Virus record (IMG/VR): IMGVR_UViG_3300050336_000170
Span: 1 to 64,000 of that record
DNA length: 64,000 nucleotides
Source of the DNA: a virus
Lineage: Duplodnaviria > Caudoviricetes
Direction: 5' to 3' (one strand)
The notes under the pieces are model-generated. The model saw only the letters and a list, made by a program, of their open reading frames with translations, did not search any database and was not told the DNA's origin. The position numbers and the translations under genes are program-made. This document shows, one piece after another, positions 23,685-33,954 of the stretch. Position 1 is the stretch's first letter. Each line of letters opens with the position of its first letter.

Positions 23685-25190
23685 TTAAAAATCAATCGGG
23701 ACATTTGTAATCCCAATTTCCTTCATTATATTTCTGCTCATATCATGTTCAATTACCACTTGATATTGATTAGCAGCACCTTCTCTATTCTTGATAATAA
23801 ATACTATTTGATAATGTTTATCTTTGCTTAATTTTACAGGTATCTTGCTTGAACCATTTTTACCTTCTAATTTATACACTTTAAGTTCACGTTTTTCACC
23901 AGTATATTCATCATCATATAAATCTCTTATCATCAAACATGTTGATGCTGTATCCACAATATTCTTACTAATGCCGATGCTTTCTTGTGTATAGTATCTT
24001 TGTTTTGCATTCCCCTTGGCTAGCTGAAATGTAATTAAAATATGTAGATTCTTAACCTCTGGTTTTACAACGTCATTTATATCAACCATAGCTTGTTGCA
24101 TCTGAAGCCAAGAATTGTCTGATACCTTACCAGAATCCATCTTGAATGTATCAAGTATATAATATTTAACATTCATACTTGAATATTTCTTTATTACTTT
24201 AATTGCATTTGATGTCTTATACTTTTCAAACGGGATTATTGTAATAATATGATTATCTGATTGTTCCTTAATCCAGTCCTTTGCTTTTAACAATAATAAT
24301 TTTACTTCAGATGAAAAATTGCCATCACGCACAATATGTTTTTGAATATCTTCTTTAAATACATTGTTGATTACCCATACTAATAATTCTCTCTGCCACT
24401 TTTTCTTACCATCTTCATTGATCATTATGACAATAGGTTCTTTGTATTTTAAAACACTTGGTATAGTAGCAGTTCTAGCAAATGTAGATTTACCAACATT
24501 ACTTAAGCCACCAACCAATGTTATTGATCCTAGATATTGTCCTCCAGTTTCTTTTGTAATTATTTTCATATCATGATATGGTAATCCTACAGCTTGACCT
24601 TTATCTAGTTCATCAATCAATTCGTCAATTCCATCTGATATATCATAACTTTTTATATCATTATCGATATGTAAAAAAGAATCATTTAGAAATGCATTAT
24701 ATTCGTCATAAATATCTTCAGCAGACATATCACAAAACTCACTTAATCTATCGTTAACAGGGAATCCTCTCTTAGCGATTTTTATAACTGCAATCCATTT
24801 TCTTAATTCTTTAACATATCCACTAAAATTATCTATATTGACATATGTACTGGCATTAACAATGGTTTCGTAACCACCATATTCATCATATTTTGATTTA
24901 AGTTTTGAATGCTTTTCAAGATATAATCCAACCGTAATTTCATCTAGTGCAGTTTTATTTTCTTTCAAAATCAGATCATCAGTTATTGTGAAATATACTT
25001 TCCATATATTATTTGAAAACTCATCTAGTTTTAACTTAGACTCATATATTAGCTCTGGATTTTTATATATACATGATACTATGTTTGCTTCGCAAGCCAA
25101 CTTATACTCATTGATTTTTTTAACTGTTTCAATTAGTTCTTTTTGAAATGGAGTTATTTTCTTATCCTTTTCTTTATTATCTGCTTGTAT
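23685..25190 (-). CDS. DnaB-like replicative helicase
   Basis: GGLSNVGKST Walker A, YILDTFK, ITFQL, IIKNREG. The frame is open upstream to an ATA at 25190 behind SD GGAGG. Confidence 0.85.
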   Translation of the reverse strand: MQADNKEKDKKITPFQKELIETVKKINEYKLACEANIVSCIYKNPELIYESKLKLDEFSNNIWKVYFTITDDLILKENKTALDEITVGLYLEKHSKLKSKYDEYGGYETIVNASTYVNIDNFSGYVKELRKWIAVIKIAKRGFPVNDRLSEFCDMSAEDIYDEYNAFLNDSFLHIDNDIKSYDISDGIDELIDELDKGQAVGLPYHDMKIITKETGGQYLGSITLVGGLSNVGKSTFARTATIPSVLKYKEPIVIMINEDGKKKWQRELLVWVINNVFKEDIQKHIVRDGNFSSEVKLLLLKAKDWIKEQSDNHIITIIPFEKYKTSNAIKVIKKYSSMNVKYYILDTFKMDSGKVSDNSWLQMQQAMVDINDVVKPEVKNLHILITFQLAKGNAKQRYYTQESIGISKNIVDTASTCLMIRDLYDDEYTGEKRELKVYKLEGKNGSSKIPVKLSKDKHYQIVFIIKNREGAANQYQVVIEHDMSRNIMKEIGITNVPIDF

Positions 25191-25206
25191 ACTATCGCCT
25201 CCATAT

Positions 25207-25671
25207 TCACCATAAACTATCTAGTTTTTTATTCTTTTTTGTTTCAGTTTTCGTATAATCTGCTCCATTATTAAAAATAATATCTGTTTTTATTTCTTCA
25301 GTTTTGCTTTTTGACTTTTCAGACGCTATTACTCTGTTATAAACATCATTAAGATTATTCTCTACGATTTTACATATGTAACTAAATTTCTGGCTCTCGT
25401 TTTTAAATTCTTTATTCTTAATTGAAGATAATATTACTTGCTTTTGTATCTGAAATGTATATAGGATTATTGTAAAAGAATAGCTTGCCTTGTCTGATAT
25501 GTTTTTATTTTCAATTAATTTACCCGTAGACAAACCTTTAAGTCTTAAAACAAGCGCAGGAGGAATTGATTGGTTTTTATCATACTGTAAAATTTCTTTT
25601 TTTACATACTGATACAACTCATCCCACTCCAGTTTTTCTTGTTGAGTAAGTTTTGTTACTGCCAATGTCAA
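25207..25671 (-). CDS. Conserved replication-cluster protein (possible helicase loader)
   Basis: Position between ATPase and helicase; function inferred only from synteny. Confidence 0.45.
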   Translation of the reverse strand: MTLAVTKLTQQEKLEWDELYQYVKKEILQYDKNQSIPPALVLRLKGLSTGKLIENKNISDKASYSFTIILYTFQIQKQVILSSIKNKEFKNESQKFSYICKIVENNLNDVYNRVIASEKSKSKTEEIKTDIIFNNGADYTKTETKKNKKLDSLW

Positions 25672-25690
25672 TTCCTCCGTATTATATTGA

Positions 25691-26830
25691 TCACTTAATC
25701 ATATTGATTATAATTTGAGCATCTTCTTGATTATCAATCAAGGTAGGATTATCGAATCCTAATTCTTTACTTTTTTCAATTAGTGGCTTAATTTTACTCA
25801 TATCTTTTTTGTTTTCTTTGAAGAAATTTGTAATCTCAGCAATCATAACTGATAACTCTTTGTTCTCTCGTTTTTTGTTTTCATCATCAGCAATCTTTTT
25901 CAATCTAATCGCTTCATTTTTTTCTTGATCTTTTTTTGTCTGGTCTAAGCTTTTACCACTTTTGCTTTGTTCAGCCAAAATAGCATCAGTTAATGCCTGA
26001 ATAAAAGCATCAACATTAAAAGGAATTTCAGGAATAATATCTGCGAATCTACTTTTTGAATCTATAGAATATGAATCGTCCCTAAAGGTTATTTTCCTAC
26101 TTTCGCTTGCAATAACACCCTTTGTTACATCCTTACCCTTTTGGTCTTTCTTACCTGTTTTTTCTTGAACAATTTCTCTATCAATAGATGCAACACCTAG
26201 AAAATGTAACTTAGTTTTAATGGCGTTAAAGTCTCTCATAGACATATTTGTAGTTAAGGTTGTGAATTTTTGACCAGTCACTACATCTTCTTGCTCTTTT
26301 TGTTTTACATGACCAATAACAATAAATGTCACACCAACATTTTTAAGACCCCATAATTTATCAAGCACAATTTCATTAGCTTTATCTTCACCAGCCATAT
26401 AACCACCAAATGCAGCTTTGATACTTTTAACTGGTTTTTCTGGATTTTCTCTATTGTGCATCCTAATAACTTCTGGTTTTGCTACTTCAAGAAGTTGGTC
26501 ATATGTATCAATAACAACAACTCTTAAATCTTTCCAATCAGTAGACTTATTATCGATTACATCATCAACAAAATCTTCGAAGCCAATTGCGTTATTTATT
26601 TCATCATAATCCATAGACCACTCTGGACAATTAAGATAATTAATGCCATGAATCGCATCAGCACCATCTTCTTTTCCACACTCAAGAAACATGTATCCAT
26701 TTTGACCTGTAAGTTTTTCACACAATTCCTTGATGATTGTAGTCTTGCCTATTCCACTTTCCCCAATCAGGCCAATATTATAAGCCAACGGATCAATGCG
26801 TACTTCATTTTTTTTACCGTATTTAGCCAT
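25691..26830 (-). CDS. AAA_24/Sak4-like ATPase
   Basis: GESGIGKTT, VVIDTYD, AFGGY, IVIGH, SKSRF motifs. Confidence 0.8.
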   Translation of the reverse strand: MAKYGKKNEVRIDPLAYNIGLIGESGIGKTTIIKELCEKLTGQNGYMFLECGKEDGADAIHGINYLNCPEWSMDYDEINNAIGFEDFVDDVIDNKSTDWKDLRVVVIDTYDQLLEVAKPEVIRMHNRENPEKPVKSIKAAFGGYMAGEDKANEIVLDKLWGLKNVGVTFIVIGHVKQKEQEDVVTGQKFTTLTTNMSMRDFNAIKTKLHFLGVASIDREIVQEKTGKKDQKGKDVTKGVIASESRKITFRDDSYSIDSKSRFADIIPEIPFNVDAFIQALTDAILAEQSKSGKSLDQTKKDQEKNEAIRLKKIADDENKKRENKELSVMIAEITNFFKENKKDMSKIKPLIEKSKELGFDNPTLIDNQEDAQIIINMIK

Positions 26831-26845
26831 TAAACTACCTCTCTT

Positions 26846-28021
26846 TTAAAGATTATCTAACCAAGAAGAATCATTGTCAGATTTGTCTGTATCAAACGGT
26901 GCTTTATCATCGTCTTTATCATCATTATCTTTATCTTCGCTGAACATAAAATCAAAAATCAAATCGTTTTCTGTATACTTGCTTTCAAACTTCTGGACAA
27001 CAGGAGTTTTTGTACCATCTTTTCCTTCTACCATTTTAATTGAAGGCTTACGAATGATCATTCGTTTCTCTCTGCCAGTGTTAACAGTACATTTTGTAAG
27101 AGCTTCTTCTAGCGTATAAACACCCATATCAATCAAAGCTTTAATATCTTCGGGGATATCTTCTTCGGTGACTGTAACCAACGCGCCACCCTCAATAAGA
27201 TCACCTTCAAAAGTAATTTCTGTAATATCCTTCTTAACCTTCAGCAGCTTAGAAACAATCTTTTCAACGGTTTCTCTATTTGTAAGGTCAACTTCAAACT
27301 CATAAGTTTTATTATAAGGAATGTTGCATTTTACTTCCTTACTCTTCCACTCCTTAATATAATCAACTACTTTAGCATAAATCGGAATAATACCCTTATC
27401 CTTATCTGGCTTACCAATGCTATCTTTATTTAAGAGCATTGTCTGAGTAAACCTAGCGCAATACTTACTTACATCATCTACTTTAGATAATACAACACTT
27501 GTAATTTCCTTCTTTACCTGTGTTTCATCATTATAAGTAGAATACTTGAGATTGCCCTTAACATTTACAACCATACCGTCTTCAAGATTCTCTTTGATAT
27601 ATGCAATCATGTCATACGGAGCAAGAAACTTCTTATAAAACACCTTGTCTTTTTTATCCTTTTCAAGTCCAACAGTCATAAAGCACATATCACCAATAGA
27701 CTCAAGAACCTCATCATCAAAACGGTCATCCCAATCAATAGTAAACCTATTTTCAAAATCGTCTGATCCATCATCATTCTTGCCGTGTACATAAACTACG
27801 TTGTCACGTTCTGCGCCGTACCCACCCATAAGTTCAGCATATACTGTTCCATGCGTTTCACCACAATATACACCTAGATTCAGTACATTATACACCCAAT
27901 CTGATTTTTCTGATTTCTCGTCAATCTTAAAGGTATAGTCATTAATCTTTGCTTCACCAATAAGCATAAATGATGAAACACCCTTTTTAAGCGGAGTCTT
28001 TTCTACTTTTTTTGCTGCCAT
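26846..28021 (-). CDS. Putative ssDNA-binding protein with acidic C-terminal tail
   Basis: OB-like VNVKGNLKYSTY segment; acidic tail ending DDDKAPF...SSWLDNL; first gene of the replication cluster. Confidence 0.55.
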   Translation of the reverse strand: MAAKKVEKTPLKKGVSSFMLIGEAKINDYTFKIDEKSEKSDWVYNVLNLGVYCGETHGTVYAELMGGYGAERDNVVYVHGKNDDGSDDFENRFTIDWDDRFDDEVLESIGDMCFMTVGLEKDKKDKVFYKKFLAPYDMIAYIKENLEDGMVVNVKGNLKYSTYNDETQVKKEITSVVLSKVDDVSKYCARFTQTMLLNKDSIGKPDKDKGIIPIYAKVVDYIKEWKSKEVKCNIPYNKTYEFEVDLTNRETVEKIVSKLLKVKKDITEITFEGDLIEGGALVTVTEEDIPEDIKALIDMGVYTLEEALTKCTVNTGREKRMIIRKPSIKMVEGKDGTKTPVVQKFESKYTENDLIFDFMFSEDKDNDDKDDDKAPFDTDKSDNDSSWLDNL

Positions 28022-28116
28022 AAATTTTCTCCTTTTTATGTATTATTTATATATATTAATTTTATTTGCTGACATTGTAACTAATTGTAAACCAACCAAT
28101 GTCTACTTTTATTGGT

Positions 28117-31100
28117 TTAACTGATTCCGATATGAAAACTATCTACATCTCCTAGATGTGTGATAATAGTCTTATACTTCTCTAGAAATTCTTCATGTTC
28201 TTTCCTGCCATTTTCGGTATAAAGCTTATCAATATCTACTTTCCAATGTCTTAGTGCATTATCGAAATATATAAACAAAATACTAAACATGTATTTTTGT
28301 TCTTCTGTTTTTGCATTTTTAAATAAATCTGTAGCATTGCAAAATTCATTTGCTAGTTTAGGGTATCCAGAGTAATCATTCTGAGTTATATAATATTTCT
28401 CAAGTCTTGCAAGCAATTCACAAAACTTATCATAATTCTTATATTCAACACCATTTACAATTGTCTGTGTAATTCCCATTAATCCTCCTTTCTAACCAGA
28501 TAAATTTCTATTTCTATTGGTTTCCCATTCTAGATATATCATATTCAAAACTAATTACTGTATCATTAGAAACGTCTGATGATTTTAAAATTCTCTTGAC
28601 AGATATAATTTCATATTTTGGGAAGAGGCTAAGAAATGTAGTTTTGGCTTCATTCTTAGATTTTGCATTGATATGATAGCATTTAGTTTTACCATCTTGA
28701 TTTACTTCTAAAAAATATCTATCCACATCGTTCTCCTTTCTAACAAGATAAAATACCAGATTTATTAGTTTATTAAACTTTCAATACTTACTTCTTTAAC
28801 ATCAACATCAATTCCATTTTCTTTATTTGCATTGCATTCATAAAAACTATAATATATTCTTTCTACTTTATACGGCTTATCATAAATCCAAACATAAGTT
28901 TGTAACTGAGGAATTGGTATGTCAGTGTATTTTTCTATAAATTCTTCATTTTCAAAAAATCTAACTAAATTTGTCAACTAAACACCTCCTATTCTACGAA
29001 ACTAAAATTACAATTAGGACACGATGACGGTAAAAACCAAGTTACCTCAAAATAAGGATATCCACAATGTTGACAGTATTTCAAAATAGGAACTGCATAT
29101 TTTATATAATCACATTTAGTACATTCGTATGTATGTGTTTCGTAATTAAAGTTAACCGATTCTTTATTACCACACTCAGGGCATTTAAACATCTGCTTCG
29201 TAGACCTCTAGCATAGCCCTACCTACCCTAGTCATATTGCTTGGATCAAGAACTACTATCTCAAAATCCTCATTGCCTTCTTCGTTAATCAGAATGCAGG
29301 GGTCATACCCAATTAGTCCTGTACTAATAAAAACTTCGATATTGCCTTCAGTTTCAATTACATCATAGGCTTTATATGTACTGCCATTTTTACAACATAC
29401 ACTTTCTTCTCCAACCAATTGTGTAATGCATTTTAGATATAGTTGACCATCATCACACCACTGCTTCAGGTCTTCGTACATATACTTATCATTGCTCATT
29501 TATATGCCTTTCTTTTATTTAAGTTATGTTTTGCTTGATTCATAATACGGAACTAACTTCCAACGATTATTCTTCTTCTGATAACCAAACTTCTCACCAT
29601 TGATATAAATAGGTGTCTTGCTCTGTACCCAATTCTTAATTGATGTTGCTCTACGATCTTTACTAATACTCAAACTTTTATTTCTCCTTATTGTTTATTT
29701 GAAACATCTATAAATTTGATAAGACCACATGCTAATTATGACAACAACTAAAACACATGCTACTATTATTATTCCAGTGCTTTGCAATAATCCTATAAGA
29801 ATAGTAATTAGATTTATAAATACAAATACAACACTTAATAAAATAATTGCTAGTATAATTGATAACAATATTTTTGATATTTTATTCATTTATCTCCTTT
29901 CTAAAAAGTCGAGCAAATCCTTATTTTATCGGTATTCGGTAAAACTAATTAAACTAAGTGGCGATATACCCTCATCAGTTTTAAATACCTCAATGAGCTT
30001 ACGATACACATCAACACCTAAATTTGACACTGTATCTAGCTGATATTGAGTACTAAAATCATCACCACACTCTTCAGAAGCATCAAGGATATATCCAAAA
30101 TACTTATGCCCACCACTTGCAGGATCATCAAAAATTTGAATCTTACCAACTGACTGATAGCATGTTAATTCTTCATAAAGTTTACTTTCGCAGAATTCTT
30201 CATTGCTCATTATCGGACAGTATGAAACATCATAACCGATAATGACATAATCGTGTTTGTACATTGACATTATTATTCACCACTTCTCTGACATATTGTA
30301 TTCTTCAGAATACATATCATTGCGCCCATATTCAAATAATTCACAAGTACCATCTTTATCTAATTTTATAAATTCGCTATTTATGTTTTTTATACAACAA
30401 TCTTCATAATAGCTTTTACATGCTGAATTTTTACACATTAATTTAATCAATATAAAACTCTCCTTTCATCGTGTTTTATAACAACACAAATATGGTATCC
30501 CGTTGCGTTCATAAATTGATGTGATTATTAGTTTATCTTCACTTGATAAGCATAATTGTTTTCTTTGGTATTCTGGTATTAGGTACTCTTCTCCAATGTT
30601 TAATATTTCTTTCATTTCATCAATGCAACTATTATTGATTGCAAATTGAAATGCAACCGAATCTGAATTATTTCTAGCTATATCAATTCCAGTAATCTCC
30701 ATGAAATTCCCCTTTTATTGGTTATTAAACCAATCTCTATATTAATTTGCATCAAGTTTCTCAAATAAGTTCTTAGCTGTAACTAGCCATGAGATATCCA
30801 ATTCATAAACTTCGGTAGTTACATCAGAACAATCCTTATAATTAATATCCCAATTGTAATTTTTAGATTCATCTTCAGACGATGACTAACCACAAAGTTT
30901 CGTTAACAGTTCCCATTCTTCGGTATATACGTCATATGCACTTTTATCTTCATCAGCATAAAAATAATGACTTTTTGTAATACACCAAGCATCTTCATAT
31001 TCTGGTTTTTTAAATAATTTTTTCTTTTTAATATTAAATCTTTGAATCTGACCAATATATCTAATTTTTTTCATATTTCACTTCTTTTCAATCGTCTGTC

Positions 31101-32380
31101 CACAATGAGGACATTGAAAATAATCCTTCTTCATCTCTGTATGATCTGATACAGTAACAGTGTAAGTGCCACCATACTTTGTACAAACTGTGTTTGTACA
31201 TCTACCTAATCTATTGGCTGTACAATAGAAATCATTACACATTGGAAACTTATCATTATATGTGTTCCAATTAATTGTTCCACTACTTATTTTAATTCAC
31301 TCCTTTGTCTATAGAACTACGGTTTTATCGGTTTTTACTTTTTTCCAATTGTATATTCATCAAGCTTGAGAACGCCGTTACCTGTTCCTTTGAGTTTTGT
31401 TACAAAGTAATCTTGAATATTATCAACAAAGAACTTATCAACTTCAAATACATTAAGATCAAACTTCTTTGCAATATCCATACTTAATTTTCCCCAATTG
31501 ATATCAACATTAATATCAATACCTTGAACTGACATTTTTATTTCTCCTTTCTAATCCTTATAAATCTGCTGTTTTATTGACCTAAAAGTGTACATTTTAA
31601 ATTTTCATATTGAGATTTCGCTGTATCATAATCTGTAGTTTTTATTTCTTCAAATTTACCATTTTTATAAGTGATAAATAAAGAGTGTATCCACTGGTTC
31701 CTATAATTAGTTCCATTATTATATTTGATTACTATTTTAGTGATTTCATCTATACAAATAACATTATCAAGAACTTGGCAATACTTTGTATTCATTATAT
31801 TTTCACCACCAAACTTCTATTTTGTTGCCATTCTCGCTCCACAATGTGGGCAATATGATGTTTTTGTATTAGACGTTGAAGGATGGGTACAGGCAGTACA
31901 CACAATATCTTGAAAGTATCCTGTAGTCCACTCTCCCTGATTTACAGGCATAGCATTAATTGTTGGTGATGTAACTACAAAGCAAATAGCTCCCATTAAA
32001 GCACCCGATATAGTTGATTGATTTTCATCCATTAGTTCATTAGAACGTTTTTGTAATACCTTTTCTAAGGCATCTGCGTCTATTAATCTCATTTTTTCCT
32101 TTCTTAGCCTACCAATCAGCTATTTTATTGTGTGTTTCTTTATTTGCTTTTTGTATATTAGAGGATAATTACTATCCTCTAATATTTATCGTTTTCTTTT
32201 ACTTTTCTTCTCATGTTCTTTTTGATAAGTTTCCCAATCTTTTTCTTCAACAATATCGTAATGGTTTTCAAATAGCATTTTTTTAATGGCTTCTTTGGCC
32301 TGTTCAGTAGTTTCATAAATTTCTCTTAAATACGATCTCAACGAAATACTCCATATTTTATACATTATTAACACCCCCAT
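28117..32380 (-). CDS. Run of small hypothetical phage ORFs, several zinc-ribbon-like
   Basis: E.g. 28989..29192 (two pairs of CxxC) and 31817..32092 (MRLIDADAL...CPHCGARM phage family). Confidence 0.65.
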
Positions 32381-32401
32381 GATTTTGTATTATATCAAAT
32401 A

Positions 32402-33760
32402 TTAGAACAACTTGCACCCACCTTCTCTATATTCAACCGATTTCTTTGAATATTCTTTTGATGTTATTTTATTTAATTCACAATAACATTTTTTACAAAG
32501 TAATTCTCTATTATCATGAGAGCAATCTTCATATCGTCCATATGTCTTATAAAACATAGCAAGTTCTGTTGGATTCATTTTCTTTCCACATTTACATCTT
32601 TTATTAAAGTATTTAGCAGCCATATTTTCAGATATTCCTTTAATATCTGCTAACTCTTTAATACGTTCTTTTGTTGGTGATTTATTTATCAATTCATACT
32701 CTTTGCTTATACCAGTTTTCCATTTTCCATTTATGTATTCTTGCAAAGTCCATTTAAGATTAATCAATATATGTTGTATTTCATAACTTTTTGTAAGAAT
32801 ATCAATCCATCGACTCCATAATGAAGGATAATATCTTTCAATTAGCAAATCAATATAATCTGATTGATATGGGCATATTAAGCATCCACAACGATTGAAT
32901 CCATAATTATATTGATTATTGTAAACTAATTGATTATATAATATATGTAGCCATATATCCTCGTCTTTCCATTCTACGGCAGGAGCAAATCGAGTCCAAT
33001 TTTCTGGCATATTATCGCTACCATATTGTTCTAATTGCCATTTATGATCCATTATATAATCAAAATTAGCCCTTTTAGCACTTTCGTATTTCCTAACTCC
33101 TAAAACCATCGTAAGATTTAGATTCTTATCATATACTTTATTTATTTGTCCTTCTTTATATGTTGAACAACAATTTCTCATCAATGCAGTTGGTACTAAA
33201 TAATTCTTTATTTTAATTATCCAAGGATAAAACCCAATTTTTGGATTAACTATTCTAAGATTTATATCATATGTATCGTTTAGAATACGCTTTAATGTTT
33301 TTATTAACTTGTAGGTTTCTGCTGTATCATTAGATGTATTACAAAAATATGATTCCCATTTTGGTTTTGTATCTAGTTTTTCTAGTGCTTTGAGCCATAA
33401 ATACAAAATTACTGTAGAATCCTTACCTCCAGAATGAGCAACAGCATAATATTGATCTGGATTATCTTTTATGTATCTTACAATTCTTTCTATTGAATTA
33501 TTTTCAAGGGTTTGAATTCTATTTAAATTTAAACTTATTAATTCTGATATCTTTTTTTGTTGATTAATGTCAAGTTTATTGAAGTTATTTTTAGTGATTT
33601 TAATTTCTTTATTTTCTACTTTAAACTGAAGTAAAGGTGTTGTTTGAGTAAAATCAAGATATATTTTTGAACCATTTCGCCAACATTCTGTAGGTAAATC
33701 TATTCCTGTTTTCTCTTTAAAAAACTGCCTCTCTTTTTCAAATATCGGCTTAAATCCTAT
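32402..33760 (-). CDS. PAPS-reductase-family (PP-loop, Fe-S) protein
   Basis: AHSGGKDS, RNCC, GVRKYESAKR, W...DIW, RCGCLICP, C-terminal Cys cluster. The best SD (AAGGAG) precedes an ATA at 33760. Confidence 0.85.
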   Translation of the reverse strand: MGFKPIFEKERQFFKEKTGIDLPTECWRNGSKIYLDFTQTTPLLQFKVENKEIKITKNNFNKLDINQQKKISELISLNLNRIQTLENNSIERIVRYIKDNPDQYYAVAHSGGKDSTVILYLWLKALEKLDTKPKWESYFCNTSNDTAETYKLIKTLKRILNDTYDINLRIVNPKIGFYPWIIKIKNYLVPTALMRNCCSTYKEGQINKVYDKNLNLTMVLGVRKYESAKRANFDYIMDHKWQLEQYGSDNMPENWTRFAPAVEWKDEDIWLHILYNQLVYNNQYNYGFNRCGCLICPYQSDYIDLLIERYYPSLWSRWIDILTKSYEIQHILINLKWTLQEYINGKWKTGISKEYELINKSPTKERIKELADIKGISENMAAKYFNKRCKCGKKMNPTELAMFYKTYGRYEDCSHDNRELLCKKCYCELNKITSKEYSKKSVEYREGGCKLF

Positions 33761-33954
33761 TTTTGTCTCCTTCTTTCTGTTATTTATTTCTCTTACAAGC
33801 TTCAAACCATTCGACAATACCAAAACGATATATAACGTCCGCTGTTCTAATGACATCATCAGTATCATATTTAGAAAATGTTTTCCTGGCTTCTAACTCA
33901 TCAATTTCGTATTCTCTCTATGACTTATAATTTATACCCAATGAAAATACTATT

